A stretch of 44,890 nt of DNA from a bacterium (GTDB taxonomy: Bacteria; Actinomycetota; UBA4738; HRBIN12). The notes below the pieces were generated by a model. The model was not told where the DNA came from. It ran no database searches and saw only the letters and a list, made by a program, of their open reading frames with translations. A program made the position numbers and the translations under genes. Shown one piece after another: positions 9,008-18,667 of the stretch (within the stretch, counting starts at the first letter, position 1; each line of letters begins with the position of its first letter). Location: positions 668 to 45,557 of the forward strand of contig JAHEXX010000002.1 in assembly GCA_023251895.1 (NCBI GenBank), written 5' to 3'.

Positions 9008-9487
9008 ATGCGCAGATTGCTCCTGCCCGCCGCCCTGGTCCTGCTGGTCGCCTGCGCCCGCGGCCCGGCCTCGGACTCGTTCCCGAAGCTCGAGGGTTCC
9101 ACCCTCGACGGGGGGAAGATCACGCAGGCGGACTACCGCGGCAAGGTGATGCTGGTGAACGCCTGGGCCTCCTGGTGCAACCCGTGCCGGAGGGAGATGC
9201 CGGCCCTCCAGCGGCTACACCAGCGGTTCGGGGCCCGGGTGTACTTCCTGGGGGTGAACGAACGCGACAACCACGCAAGCGCCGTGGCTTTCGTCCGCCA
9301 CCTCGGGGTCACCTACCCGAGCATCGAGGACCCCGCCGGAGCCTGGGCCGACGACTTCGGGTGGGTGGGGCTGCCGGACACATATCTCGTGGATCGGGCG
9401 GGCACGATCCGGTATCGGATCGCCGGCCTGATCGACGAGCGCGAGGTGGCCGGGCTGCTGGAGAAGATGCTCGGGCCCACCGGCTAG
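9008..9487 (+). CDS. TlpA/ResA-like periplasmic thiol:disulfide oxidoreductase (thioredoxin fold, lipoprotein-like signal)
   Basis: Start set at ATG 9008 (MRRLLLPAALVLLVACA...) inside track ORF 8927..9487. Active site WASWCNPC. Context of cytochrome c and oxidase maturation genes. Confidence 0.85.
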   Translation: MRRLLLPAALVLLVACARGPASDSFPKLEGSTLDGGKITQADYRGKVMLVNAWASWCNPCRREMPALQRLHQRFGARVYFLGVNERDNHASAVAFVRHLGVTYPSIEDPAGAWADDFGWVGLPDTYLVDRAGTIRYRIAGLIDEREVAGLLEKMLGPTG

Positions 9488-11307
9488 GGCCGGCCAGCGA
9501 TAAGGCTGTCCGCGCCCACCGAGGCGAACAGGACGGCCAGGTACACGATGGAGAACCGGAACAACTCCACGGCCAGGGCGGGCGTGGCGTGTCGCCACAG
9601 CTTGAGGGCCCGCCAGATGAACGCGCCGCCGAGCACGACCGCGGTGGTCAGGTAGACCAAGCCCATGTGGGCCACCGGCACCAGCAGGAGCGTGACGGCG
9701 AACAGCGCGAGCGAGTAGAGCAGGATCCGGCGGCGGGTCTCCTCTTCGCCCCTGACCACGGGCAGCATGGGGATCCCGGCCGCCGCGTAGTCACCCCGAT
9801 ACCGCATGGCCAGGGCCCAGAAGTGCGGCGGCGTCCACACGAACACGATGGCGAACAGGAGGAGGGCCGGCAGGCCCACGGTGCCGGTGACCGCGGCCCA
9901 CCCCACCAGCGCCGGGACGGCTCCGGCGGCACCGCCGATCACGATGTTCTGCGCACTGGTCCGCTTCAGCCAGAGTGTGTACACGAACACGTAGAACGCG
10001 ATCGCCGACAGGGCCAGCGACGCGGCCAGCGCGTTCACGGTGATGGACAGGAAGAAGAACGACACGGCGCCGAGGACGAACCCGAACCGAAGCGCCCCCT
10101 CCGGCGTCACCCGATGGGCGGGGAGCGGCCGCTTCCGGGTGCGGCGCATGACCTCGTCGATGTCGCGATCCAGGTAGCAGTTGATGGCGTTGGCCGACCC
10201 CGCGGCGATGGTCCCGCCGAGCAGGGTGGCGAGGATCAGGGTGATGGACGGGGTGCACCGGCAGGCCAGGAACATCGCCGGAACGGTGGTTATCAGGAGC
10301 AGCACGATGATCCGGGGCTTCGTCAGCCAGAAGTAGGCTGACGTGGTTTCGCGCAGCGAGCGCTTGTGGCCATCGCGCGAGAAGGTGTGCACGTTCTCCG
10401 GTGTGCCGCCCTCCGCCGCCAGCCGGCGGCTCACCGTGGCCAGGGCCACCAGCGTCGCCCATATCAGAACCGACAGCCCAACGTGAGCAACGACCGCCCA
10501 GGGCTTCAGTCGGGTCCACACGTTCGCGGCTCCGGAGAGGATCTGCCCGGCGAACAGGACCAAGGCAACCGAGGAAAGGGTCACGACGGCCTTCGGCCGC
10601 TGCGGCATGGCCCAGATCCGGATCGCGACCCACATGACGAGCAGCAGCGAGGCGGCCGCCAGCAGCCGGTGCGCGAACATCACCGTCGCGGCACCTCCCA
10701 GGGCCGGTACGAGGCGGCCGTCCATCAAGGGCCAATCCGTGAACACCAGCTGCGAGTCGCTCGCCCGCACGTAGGTGCCGACGAACAGGAGGATGCCGAC
10801 CACCGCCGTCGTGATCACCGCGAGGCGGGCGAAGGCCGCGTCCACCCGGCCCTGGAGCCCGGGTCCTCCGGCCTGCGCCCACGCGTTGGCCGCCAGGACG
10901 GTCACGGCCGCGATCAGGGCGATCGCCGCGACGAAGTGCGCCGACACCGACCACTTCGGCTCGAGGTTGGTGAGGACCACGAGGCCCCCCAGCGCCGCCT
11001 GGACCACCCAGATGGGGAAGGCCAGCACGGCGGGAAGGAAGATGCCGCGTTCATTGCGGAACGCCCGCCACGCGCCCACGGCGCAGGCGAACGTGAGGAT
11101 CCCGACGATCATCGCGAGGGTGCGGTGAGAGAACTCGATCAGCGAGTGGATCGTGCCGGCCGGGAACAGCCGCCCCGGCTCGCAGCCGGGCCACGTGGAG
11201 CACCCCAGCCCCGACCCGGAGCCCCGGACCAGCCCGCCCACGGCGAACAGCACGATCGTTGTTGCGGCGCTGGCGATGGCAAGTCTTCGGAAGCGGGTGG
11301 GCGTCAT
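9484..11307 (-). CDS. ctaA/ctaB: Fused heme A synthase (CtaA/COX15, N-terminal half) and protoheme IX farnesyltransferase / heme O synthase (CtaB, C-terminal half)
   Basis: Start set at ATG 11307 (MTPTRFRRLAIASAATTIV...), residue 260 of track ORF 9484..12084. CtaA marks: GCSTWPGC, IEFSHR, MFAHRLL. CtaB/UbiA marks: YFWLTKPRIIVLLL, NCYLDRDIDEVMRRTRKRPLP. About 607 aa, polytopic throughout. Confidence 0.85.
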   Translation of the reverse strand: MTPTRFRRLAIASAATTIVLFAVGGLVRGSGSGLGCSTWPGCEPGRLFPAGTIHSLIEFSHRTLAMIVGILTFACAVGAWRAFRNERGIFLPAVLAFPIWVVQAALGGLVVLTNLEPKWSVSAHFVAAIALIAAVTVLAANAWAQAGGPGLQGRVDAAFARLAVITTAVVGILLFVGTYVRASDSQLVFTDWPLMDGRLVPALGGAATVMFAHRLLAAASLLLVMWVAIRIWAMPQRPKAVVTLSSVALVLFAGQILSGAANVWTRLKPWAVVAHVGLSVLIWATLVALATVSRRLAAEGGTPENVHTFSRDGHKRSLRETTSAYFWLTKPRIIVLLLITTVPAMFLACRCTPSITLILATLLGGTIAAGSANAINCYLDRDIDEVMRRTRKRPLPAHRVTPEGALRFGFVLGAVSFFFLSITVNALAASLALSAIAFYVFVYTLWLKRTSAQNIVIGGAAGAVPALVGWAAVTGTVGLPALLLFAIVFVWTPPHFWALAMRYRGDYAAAGIPMLPVVRGEEETRRRILLYSLALFAVTLLLVPVAHMGLVYLTTAVVLGGAFIWRALKLWRHATPALAVELFRFSIVYLAVLFASVGADSLIAGRP

Positions 11308-11408
11308 CGTGTCGGGGCCCCGGTGGGCTCCAGCATGATAGCCCGCTTCCCGCGACGGGGCTCCACAAACGGGCGGCGCCGGGCCGGCCCCTGCGATACT
11401 TGCGGGTG

Positions 11409-12293
11409 ATGGCCACCGAAGCCGAGCTCGCGTTGCCGCCCGCGCTCGAGGCGGTCCGGGCCCGAGTCGACCCCGTGCTGGAGACGTTCCTGGAGGGGGA
11501 GCGCCGGGAGCTGACGGCGGCCGCCCCCGAGGCCGCCCTGCTGGTCGACGAGTTGATCCGGCTGGTCCGGGCCGGAGGCAAGCGGCTTCGGCCGGCCTTC
11601 TGCTACTGGGGGTACCGGGCGGCGGGAGGTCGCGACGATGAGCCCATCGTCCGCGCGGCCGCCGCTCTGGAGCTGCTGCACACGTTCGCCCTGATCCACG
11701 ACGACGTGATGGACGCCTCGCCGACCCGCCGTGGGGTGGCCGCGTCCCATGTGGAGATGGGGGAGGAGGCGGGCCGCCGGGGCTGGGAGGTCGACGAGAG
11801 GTTCGGCACGTCGGCCGCCGTGCTGGTGGGCGACCTCGCCGCCGTGTTCGCCGACCGGCTCCTGCACGAATCGGGGTTCGCACCCGAGACCCTCGTGAAG
11901 GCCCTCCGCGACTACGACCGGATGCGCGCCGAGATGGGCGTGGGTCAGCTCCTGGACCTGGCCGGGGCGGCGCGATCCGGCGGGCCGGGGGCCCGCGGGG
12001 TCGCGGCGCTGAAGTCCGGCACCTACACCGTGGCCGGCCCCCTGTGCATCGGCGTGTCCCTGGCGGGTGGATCCCTCCAGGCACTGAACTGCCTCTCGCG
12101 GTACGGAGTGCCGCTGGGGGAGGCCTTCCAGTTGCGCGACGACGTGGTTGATGGCGAGGCGCCTCCGGGCGCCGCCGACCGGGTGAACGCGCTGATCCAC
12201 CGGGCCGTGTCGGCGCTGGATCCGCACGTCATCTCGCCCGAGGCCGTCGGGGTCTTGCGGTCGTTGGCGGAGCTGCTCCTGTTGCCCGAGTGA
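11409..12293 (+). CDS. Short-chain (FPP/GGPP-type) trans-prenyl diphosphate synthase
   Basis: Start at ATG 11409 (MATEAELALPP...) inside track ORF 11259..12293. First Asp-rich motif LIHDDVMD with Phe at position -5 (HTFALIHDD). Second motif FQLRDDVVD. Confidence 0.85.
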   Translation: MATEAELALPPALEAVRARVDPVLETFLEGERRELTAAAPEAALLVDELIRLVRAGGKRLRPAFCYWGYRAAGGRDDEPIVRAAAALELLHTFALIHDDVMDASPTRRGVAASHVEMGEEAGRRGWEVDERFGTSAAVLVGDLAAVFADRLLHESGFAPETLVKALRDYDRMRAEMGVGQLLDLAGAARSGGPGARGVAALKSGTYTVAGPLCIGVSLAGGSLQALNCLSRYGVPLGEAFQLRDDVVDGEAPPGAADRVNALIHRAVSALDPHVISPEAVGVLRSLAELLLLPE

Positions 12294-12718
12294 TGGAGGA
12301 GGCCGGGGCGCGGCGGATGTTCCGCGATCTGCCGGCCGTCCACGTCGCGACGGTCGGCCCGCTGGGAGAACCCCACGTCGTGCCGCTCTGGTTCGTGTGG
12401 GGCGAGGACGCCGTCTACGCCTCGGCCGGCCGAAGCAGCCGTACCTGGCGCAACCTGGAGACGGACCCACGCGTCAGCCTCGTGTTCGACGTGGGTCGGG
12501 ATTGGGTCGAGCTGGCAGGCGCGGTGGTCGGGGGGCGAGCCGAGCTGCTCGCGCCGGGCCAGCCTCCGCTGCGGAGCCCCATGTCCGAGTGGCACGAGAA
12601 GTACCGGGTGTATCTGGCCGGGGACGGGTTCCGCCGATTCACCGGCCAGGTGCCCGACCTTGGCTTCATCCGGGTCGTTCCCGAGTCGATCGCGACCTGG
12701 AACCACGCCCGCGGATGA
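12290..12718 (+). CDS. Pyridoxamine 5'-phosphate oxidase (PNPOx)-like split-barrel flavin/deazaflavin-binding protein
   Basis: 142 aa. HVATVGPLGEPHVVPLWFVW...RNLETDPRVSLVFD is typical of the PNPOx-like/FDOR fold. GTG 12290 / ATG 12293 overlaps the stop of the prenyl synthase. Confidence 0.7.
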   Translation: MMEEAGARRMFRDLPAVHVATVGPLGEPHVVPLWFVWGEDAVYASAGRSSRTWRNLETDPRVSLVFDVGRDWVELAGAVVGGRAELLAPGQPPLRSPMSEWHEKYRVYLAGDGFRRFTGQVPDLGFIRVVPESIATWNHARG

Positions 12719-12724
12719 TGTGGC

Positions 12725-12753
12725 TTGCCGTACCGAGGGGTCCCGTATAGCCT
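12725..12753 (+). promoter_or_regulatory. Putative housekeeping-sigma promoter: TTGCCG (-35), 17-nt spacer, TAGCCT (-10)
   Basis: -35-like hexamer at 12725-12730 and TANNNT-type -10 at 12748-12753 with exactly 17 nt between. Located in the 111-nt gap before the reductase-nuo run. By-eye match only. Confidence 0.3.
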
Positions 12754-12771
12754 TTGTGAATCGGTTCACAA
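12754..12771. promoter_or_regulatory. Perfect Rex-type operator TTGTGAA-TCGG-TTCACAA (also fits TGTGA-N6-TCACA of CRP/GlxR-type regulators)
   Basis: 18-bp site with perfect 7-bp inverted arms, abutting the putative -10 and 59 nt upstream of GTG 12830. Matches the Gram-positive Rex operator consensus TTGTGAAnnnnTTCACAA. Confidence 0.6.
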
Positions 12772-12829
12772 GGCGGGTACCGTCGGCTTGTGGAGATCCT
12801 CACGAGCCCTTCGAGGGGGTAGGTCGCGC

Positions 12830-14092
12830 GTGCCGGGAGCGGCGAGCGGCAAGCACGAGGTCGACGTCGTGGTGGTGGGGGCCGGACCCGGCGGGTCCGC
12901 GGCCGCGTACCACCTCTCCAGGCACGGAGTCAACGTCCTCCTCGTGGACAGGGCTTCCTTCCCCCGAGAGAAGGTCTGCGGCGACGGCCTCACTCCCCGC
13001 GGGGTGAAGGTCCTCCTGCGGATGGGCATCGACCCCGACGAACCGGGGTTCGAGCGCGTGAAGGGCCTCCGGATCTTCTCGCGGAAGGTCATGCTCGAGC
13101 TCCCCTTCCCCCAGCTCGAGGAGTTCCCCGACTACGGCCTGGTTCGTACCCGGCTGGACTTCGACGAGCTCCTGGCGCGTCGGGCCGAGAAGGCCGGGGC
13201 CCGGCTGCTGGAGGGCACCGAGGTCCTTGGGCCTATCTCCAGCGACGGATATGTCACCGGCGCGACCATCCGAGATGCGCGGGAGGGCGGGACGGGGCCG
13301 ACGGGCGAGATCCGGGCCCGGTACGTGATCGCGGCCGACGGCGCCTCCTCCCGGTTCGCCGGGCAGGCCGGGGTCCGCCGCGACGCCACCCGACCTATGG
13401 GAATCGCCGCCCGCCGCTACTACCGGATCGAGCGCCGTCCCGGGCCCTGGCTGGAGGCCTGGATGGACCTGTGGGAGGGAGACGCCCAGCTCCCGGGCTA
13501 CGGCTGGTTCTTCCCGGTGGCCGACGGCCGGTCGAATATCGGGGCCGGTCTCCTGAACACGTTCAAGGGCTTCAAGGACCTCTCGGCCCAGCGGGTGTTC
13601 GACGCGTTCGTCCGCATGCTGCCCGAGGACTGGAACGTGAACGACGACACCGCGGATGGCCGGGTGCTGTCTGGGGCCCTGCCCATGGGCATGAACCGCA
13701 GCCCTCCCGCCCTGCCCGGGATGCTGCTGGTCGGCGACGCCGCGGGCATGGTGAACCCATGCAACGGTGAGGGGATCGCGTACGCGATGGAGTCCGGGGA
13801 GGTCGCGGCCGAGCTGATCCACGACGCGCTCGTGACGGGGCGGCCCGGTATCGCCCACATGTACCCGACGGTGTTGCGGCAGCGATACGGGAGCTACTTC
13901 CACATCGGGCGAGGATGGGTCCGTGCTCTCGGCCACCCCCCGGTGATGCGCGCCCTCACGGAGTACGGGCTGCCCCAGGCGTGGCTGATGCGATTCGCCT
14001 TGCGGTTCTTGGGGAACCTGACCGATGGCCCGAAGGGTGACGCCTCGGACAAGGTGATGGAGGCGCTCCTCCGGCTGGCCCGGGCGTCGTGA
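12830..14092 (+). CDS. Geranylgeranyl reductase family flavoprotein (candidate isoprenoid / menaquinone side-chain reductase, MenJ-like)
   Basis: GTG 12830 preceded by GAGGGGGTAGG. FAD dinucleotide motif VDVVVVGAGPGGSAAAY. GDAAGMVNPCNGEGI motif typical of the family. Start lies inside track ORF 12725..14092. Confidence 0.85.
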   Translation: MPGAASGKHEVDVVVVGAGPGGSAAAYHLSRHGVNVLLVDRASFPREKVCGDGLTPRGVKVLLRMGIDPDEPGFERVKGLRIFSRKVMLELPFPQLEEFPDYGLVRTRLDFDELLARRAEKAGARLLEGTEVLGPISSDGYVTGATIRDAREGGTGPTGEIRARYVIAADGASSRFAGQAGVRRDATRPMGIAARRYYRIERRPGPWLEAWMDLWEGDAQLPGYGWFFPVADGRSNIGAGLLNTFKGFKDLSAQRVFDAFVRMLPEDWNVNDDTADGRVLSGALPMGMNRSPPALPGMLLVGDAAGMVNPCNGEGIAYAMESGEVAAELIHDALVTGRPGIAHMYPTVLRQRYGSYFHIGRGWVRALGHPPVMRALTEYGLPQAWLMRFALRFLGNLTDGPKGDASDKVMEALLRLARAS

Positions 14093-14104
14093 ACGGAATC
14101 AGAC

Positions 14105-14522
14105 ATGCTGGGTGACTACCTGCCCGTCCTCATCCTCGGGGGGTTGGCCTTCGCCTTCGTGGTGGCGTCGCTGTTCGCGTCGTCGCTGCTGCGCCCCAGC
14201 CGCCCGTCGCCGGCCAAGCTGGCCCCCTACGAGTGCGGGAACGAGCCGGTGCGGCTTCCCAAGGGCGAGAAGTTCTCGGTGAAGTTCTACGTGGTCGCGA
14301 TGATGTTCATCATCTTCGATATCGAGACCATCTTCCTGTTCCCGTGGGCGGTCTCGTTCCGCAAGCTCGGCCTGTTCGGGCTGGTCGAGATGGCCGTGTT
14401 CATCGCCCTGGTCTTCGTGGCCTACGTCTACATCTGGATGCAGGGCGGGCTGGAGTGGGAGCAGGCGCCTCGGCCGATGGAGCGAACCGCGGCGGAGGGC
14501 GAGCAGGAGGAGGAGCTGCTCC

Positions 14523-14533
<11 letters not shown>
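14105..14533 (+). CDS. nuoA: NADH:quinone oxidoreductase subunit A
   Basis: Starts 12 nt after the reductase stop. 3 TM helices. APYECGNEP and [11 protein letters not shown] signatures. Acidic C-terminal tail. Confidence 0.95.
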
Positions 14534-15037
<504 letters not shown>

Positions 15038-15041
<4 letters not shown>

Positions 15042-15538
15042 GGCTTCAGGACATCGCCGAGCGGGTCCGGAGCCGGTGCCCCGACGTGGTCGTGGCCCGC
15101 GGCGAGGCGACGGCGATCGTGGACCGGGGTGACCTCCTCGAGGCCCTGGCGTGGCTGCGCCGCGAGCACGACCTCGCGTTGGACTTCCTGTCGTCCGTGA
15201 CCGCCACCGACTGGCCCGGCCGGGAGCCGCGCTTCTGGGTCGCGTACGAGCTGTACTCGCTGGCTCACAAGCACCGGCTGCGCGTGAAGGTCGGCCTCCC
15301 GGAGGGCGACCCCCATGTCCCCACAGTGACCGGCCGGTTCCCGACGGCCGACTGGCTGGAGCGGGAGACCTTCGATCTGTACGGGATCGTCTTCGATGGG
15401 CATCCGGACCTCCGGCGGATCCTGCTCCCCGACGACTGGGAGGGGCACCCGCTGCTGAAGACCGAGGGGCTGGGGGGCGTGAACACGCGGTACAAGGGAG
15501 CGTTCATCCCGCCCGTCGACGAGCGGACGGCGCACTGA
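15038..15538 (+). CDS. nuoC: NADH:quinone oxidoreductase subunit C (30 kDa)
   Basis: GTG 15038 overlaps the nuoB stop. [36 protein letters not shown] signature. Start lies inside track ORF 14651..15538. Confidence 0.93.
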
Positions 15539-16800
15539 TGGACGAGGCGATGCGGGGTCCGGCCTTCGACTCCGACGAGGAGATCCGGCAGGAGACCATG
15601 ATCATCAACATGGGGCCACAGCACCCCTCGACCCACGGGGTGCTCCGGCTGCTGCTCGAGCTGGACGGGGAGACCGTCCTGTCGTGCAAGCCCATCATCG
15701 GTTACCTGCACACCGGCATCGAGAAGAACTGTGAGTCGCGCACGTGGATGCAGTCCGTCGCGTTCGTCACGCGGGCCGACTACCTGTCGCCGTTCTTCAA
15801 CGAGCTCGCGTACTGCCTGGCCGTGGAGCGGCTCCTCGGCATAGAGTCCCCGCCACGCGCGCAGGTCCTGCGCGTGCTGTTCAGCGAGCTGAACCGGATC
15901 TCGTCCCACTTCGTGTGGCTGGCGACGGCCGGACTGGAGCTGAATGCGGTGTCGGTCATGCTCTACGGCTTCCGCGAACGCGAGATGATCCTCGACGTCT
16001 TCGAGGCCGCGACCGGCCTGCGCATGAATCACGCCTACTTCCGGATCGGCGGCGTGATCATGGACCTGCCGCCGGGCGGGGAGGACCGGATCCGCGAGCT
16101 GCTCCGGGTACTTCCAGGACGGATCGACGACTTCGACCACCTCCTGTCGGGCAACCCCATCTGGATCGAGCGGAACAAGGGCGTCGGGTTCCTCTCGGCC
16201 GAGCGGTGCCTCGCCGCCGGCGTGACGGGGCCCCCCTTGCGGAGCGCCGGCGTGGCCCGCGACGTGCGCAGGGACGAGCCGTACAGCGGGTACGAGACCT
16301 ACGAGTTCGACGTGATCGAGCGGTCCGACGCGGACTGCTACGCGCGGTTCGAGATACGCCTGGACGAGATGCGCGAGTCGCTCAAGATCGTCGAACAGTG
16401 CCTGGACCGGCTCCAGCCCGGCCCGGTGATGATCGAGGACCCCAAGGTCCGGTGGCCGGCCGAGCTGGAGGTAGGCCCGGACGGGATCGGCAACTCCCCG
16501 GCATACGTGAAACACATCATGGAGGAGTCGATGGAGGCCCTGATCCACCACTTCAAGATGGTGACCGAGGGGGTGGCGGTTCCAGCCGGCGAGGTGTACC
16601 AAGCCGTCGAGTCTCCCCGCGGCGAGCTCGGGATGTACGTCGTGTCCAACGGCGAGCACCGGCCGTACCGCGTGAAGATCCGCGACCCCTCGTTCGTCAA
16701 CCTCCAGGCCGTCCCGTCCATGGTGGAGGGCGGCCTGATAGCCGACGTCGTCGCTTGCATCGCCAGCTTCGATCCTGTCATGGGAGGGGTGGATCGCTGA
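15538..16800 (+). CDS. nuoD: NADH:quinone oxidoreductase subunit D (49 kDa)
   Basis: ATG 15538 overlaps the nuoC stop. [19 protein letters not shown]-terminal signature, ends ...[10 protein letters not shown]. 420 aa. Confidence 0.96.
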   Translation: MDEAMRGPAFDSDEEIRQETMIINMGPQHPSTHGVLRLLLELDGETVLSCKPIIGYLHTGIEKNCESRTWMQSVAFVTRADYLSPFFNELAYCLAVERLLGIESPPRAQVLRVLFSELNRISSHFVWLATAGLELNAVSVMLYGFREREMILDVFEAATGLRMNHAYFRIGGVIMDLPPGGEDRIRELLRVLPGRIDDFDHLLSGNPIWIERNKGVGFLSAERCLAAGVTGPPLRSAGVARDVRRDEPYSGYETYEFDVIERSDADCYARFEIRLDEMRESLKIVEQCLDRLQPGPVMIEDPKVRWPAELEVGPDGIGNSPAYVKHIMEESMEALIHHFKMVTEGVAVPAGEVYQAVESPRGELGMYVVSNGEHRPYRVKIRDPSFVNLQAVPSMVEGGLIADVVACIASFDPVMGGVDR

Positions 16801-17366
16801 TGGCGGTGCTGTCGCCCGAGCTCCGCGGGGAGGCCGAGCGCATCAAGGCCCGTTACCCGGCGGGGCGGGAGCGGTCCGCGATGCTGCCGCTGCTGTACCT
16901 CGTGCAATCGGTGGAGGGCCGAGTGACCCGCGATGGCCTCCGGGAGGTCGCGGATGTCCTAGGCCTGAAGACCGCCGAGGTCGAGGCGGTGGCCAGCTTC
17001 TACTCGATGCTCCGGCTACGTCCCACCGGGGCGCACGTGGTCTCGGTGTGCACGAACCTGGCGTGCGCGCTCCGGGGCGCCAAGGAAGTCTACGCGGCGG
17101 CGCACGATGCCATCGGGTCGCACGCGGAGGAGATGACCGAGGACGGGCTGCTCACCCTGCACGAGGAGGAGTGCCTCGGCGCGTGCGACGCCGCGCCGGT
17201 CGTGCAGGTCGACTTCGCCAACCACGACCGGGTCACGCCCGAGCGGATGCGGGAGCTGATCGAGGCCCTCCGCCGGGGGGAGGTCTCGGAGCCTTCGGCG
17301 GGCCGGGCTCCCCGGGACTTCAAGGAAGCGTCATGGATCCTCGCCGGGCTGGGGGACGGGGCGTGA
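16800..17366 (+). CDS. nuoE: NADH:quinone oxidoreductase subunit E (24 kDa, 2Fe-2S)
   Basis: ATG 16800 overlaps the nuoD stop. MLPLLYLVQ motif. Cys pattern VCTNLAC ... EECLGACDAAP. Confidence 0.93.
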   Translation: MAVLSPELRGEAERIKARYPAGRERSAMLPLLYLVQSVEGRVTRDGLREVADVLGLKTAEVEAVASFYSMLRLRPTGAHVVSVCTNLACALRGAKEVYAAAHDAIGSHAEEMTEDGLLTLHEEECLGACDAAPVVQVDFANHDRVTPERMRELIEALRRGEVSEPSAGRAPRDFKEASWILAGLGDGA

Positions 17367-18667
17367 CGACCGACCGGATCATCACGCGGAATTGGGGCAA
17401 CCCCGACGTCTTTCACGTCGACGGGTACGTGGCGAACGGCGGATACGCGGGGCTGAAGAAGGCGCTCGCGATGGCGCCCGAGGATGTCATCGAGTTGGTC
17501 AAGGGCTCCGGGCTGCGGGGGAGAGGCGGGGCCGGCTTCCCGACCGGCGTGAAGTGGTCGTTCGTCCCCCAGGACACCGGAAAGCCTACGTACGTCGTCT
17601 GCAACTTCGACGAATCGGAGCCCGGAACCTTCAACAACCGGGAACTGGTGGATCGGGAGCCGCACCAGTTGCTCGAGGGCCTCGCGATCGCGGCCTACGC
17701 CGTGCGGTGCCACAACGCCTACATCTACGTGCGGGGTGAGTTCCTGCATCAGGGCACGATCGTCCGGCGTGCCGTCGAGGAGGCGTACGATCGCGGATTC
17801 CTCGGCAAGGGCATCTGCGGGAGCGACTTCGACCTCGATGTGGTCCCGCATCGTGGCGCCGGCGCCTACATCTGCGGCGAGGAGACGGGTCTGCTGAACT
17901 CCCTGGAGGGGTTCCGGGGACAGCCGAGGCAGCGCCCGCCGTTCCCCGCGGTGGAGGGCCTGTACGCCTCGCCCACCGTCATCAACAACGTCGAGACCCT
18001 GTGCAACGTGCCGCACATCCTGGAAAACGGCGCCGATTGGTTCCGGGGGTTCGGCACCGCGAAGTCGCCGGGCACGAAAGTCTTTTCGGTGTCGGGGAAG
18101 GTCGAGCGCCCCGGCAACTACGAGGTGCCGATGGGCACGCCGTTCCGGGTCCTGCTCGAGGAGCACGCGGGCGGCGTCCTGGGAGGGAAGGCGCTGAAGG
18201 CGTGGACGCCCGGCGGATCGTCGACCCCCATGCTGACCGCCGAGCATCTCGACGTGGGCCTGGACTTCGAGTCCCTCCAGGCCGCCGGCTCCCTGCTCGG
18301 GACCGGCGCCGCCATCGTCCTGGACGAGACCGACTGCGTGGTCGAGGCGGCCCGGCGCCTGCTTGCCTTCTATGCCCACGAGTCCTGCGGCAAGTGCACG
18401 CCGTGCCGCGAGGGGACCTGGTGGGCGGTCCGGGTCCTCTCCCGCATCGAGGAGGGCCTGGGGCGGCCCGAGGACCTCCCGATCATGAACGACCTTGGCC
18501 GCAACATCCTGTTCCGGGCCTTCTGCCCGCTGGCAGACGGCGCGGTCTCACCGATCACCTCCACGCTCACGTACTTCCGCGAGGAGTACGAGGCCCACGT
18601 CCGCGAGGGCCGCTGCCCGTTCACGGGCAGCGGCCCGGGGCGCCGGATCGAGGAGGTCGCCTCGTGA
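17363..18667 (+). CDS. nuoF: NADH:quinone oxidoreductase subunit F (51 kDa, FMN/NADH site)
   Basis: GTG 17363 overlaps the nuoE stop. GLRGRGGAGFPTGVKW, ESEPGTF, and HESCGKCTPCREG (N3 cluster). Confidence 0.96.
   Translation: MTTDRIITRNWGNPDVFHVDGYVANGGYAGLKKALAMAPEDVIELVKGSGLRGRGGAGFPTGVKWSFVPQDTGKPTYVVCNFDESEPGTFNNRELVDREPHQLLEGLAIAAYAVRCHNAYIYVRGEFLHQGTIVRRAVEEAYDRGFLGKGICGSDFDLDVVPHRGAGAYICGEETGLLNSLEGFRGQPRQRPPFPAVEGLYASPTVINNVETLCNVPHILENGADWFRGFGTAKSPGTKVFSVSGKVERPGNYEVPMGTPFRVLLEEHAGGVLGGKALKAWTPGGSSTPMLTAEHLDVGLDFESLQAAGSLLGTGAAIVLDETDCVVEAARRLLAFYAHESCGKCTPCREGTWWAVRVLSRIEEGLGRPEDLPIMNDLGRNILFRAFCPLADGAVSPITSTLTYFREEYEAHVREGRCPFTGSGPGRRIEEVAS

Noticed and set aside
12756-12770. Reading of the palindrome as a CRP/GlxR-type site (TGTGA-N6-TCACA).
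   Set aside because: Not excluded, since the core fits perfectly. The symmetry extends to TTGTGAA/TTCACAA with a 4-nt spacer, which is the Rex consensus. A second Rex-like site precedes nuoA2 and the genes are classic Rex targets, so Rex is the preferred call.
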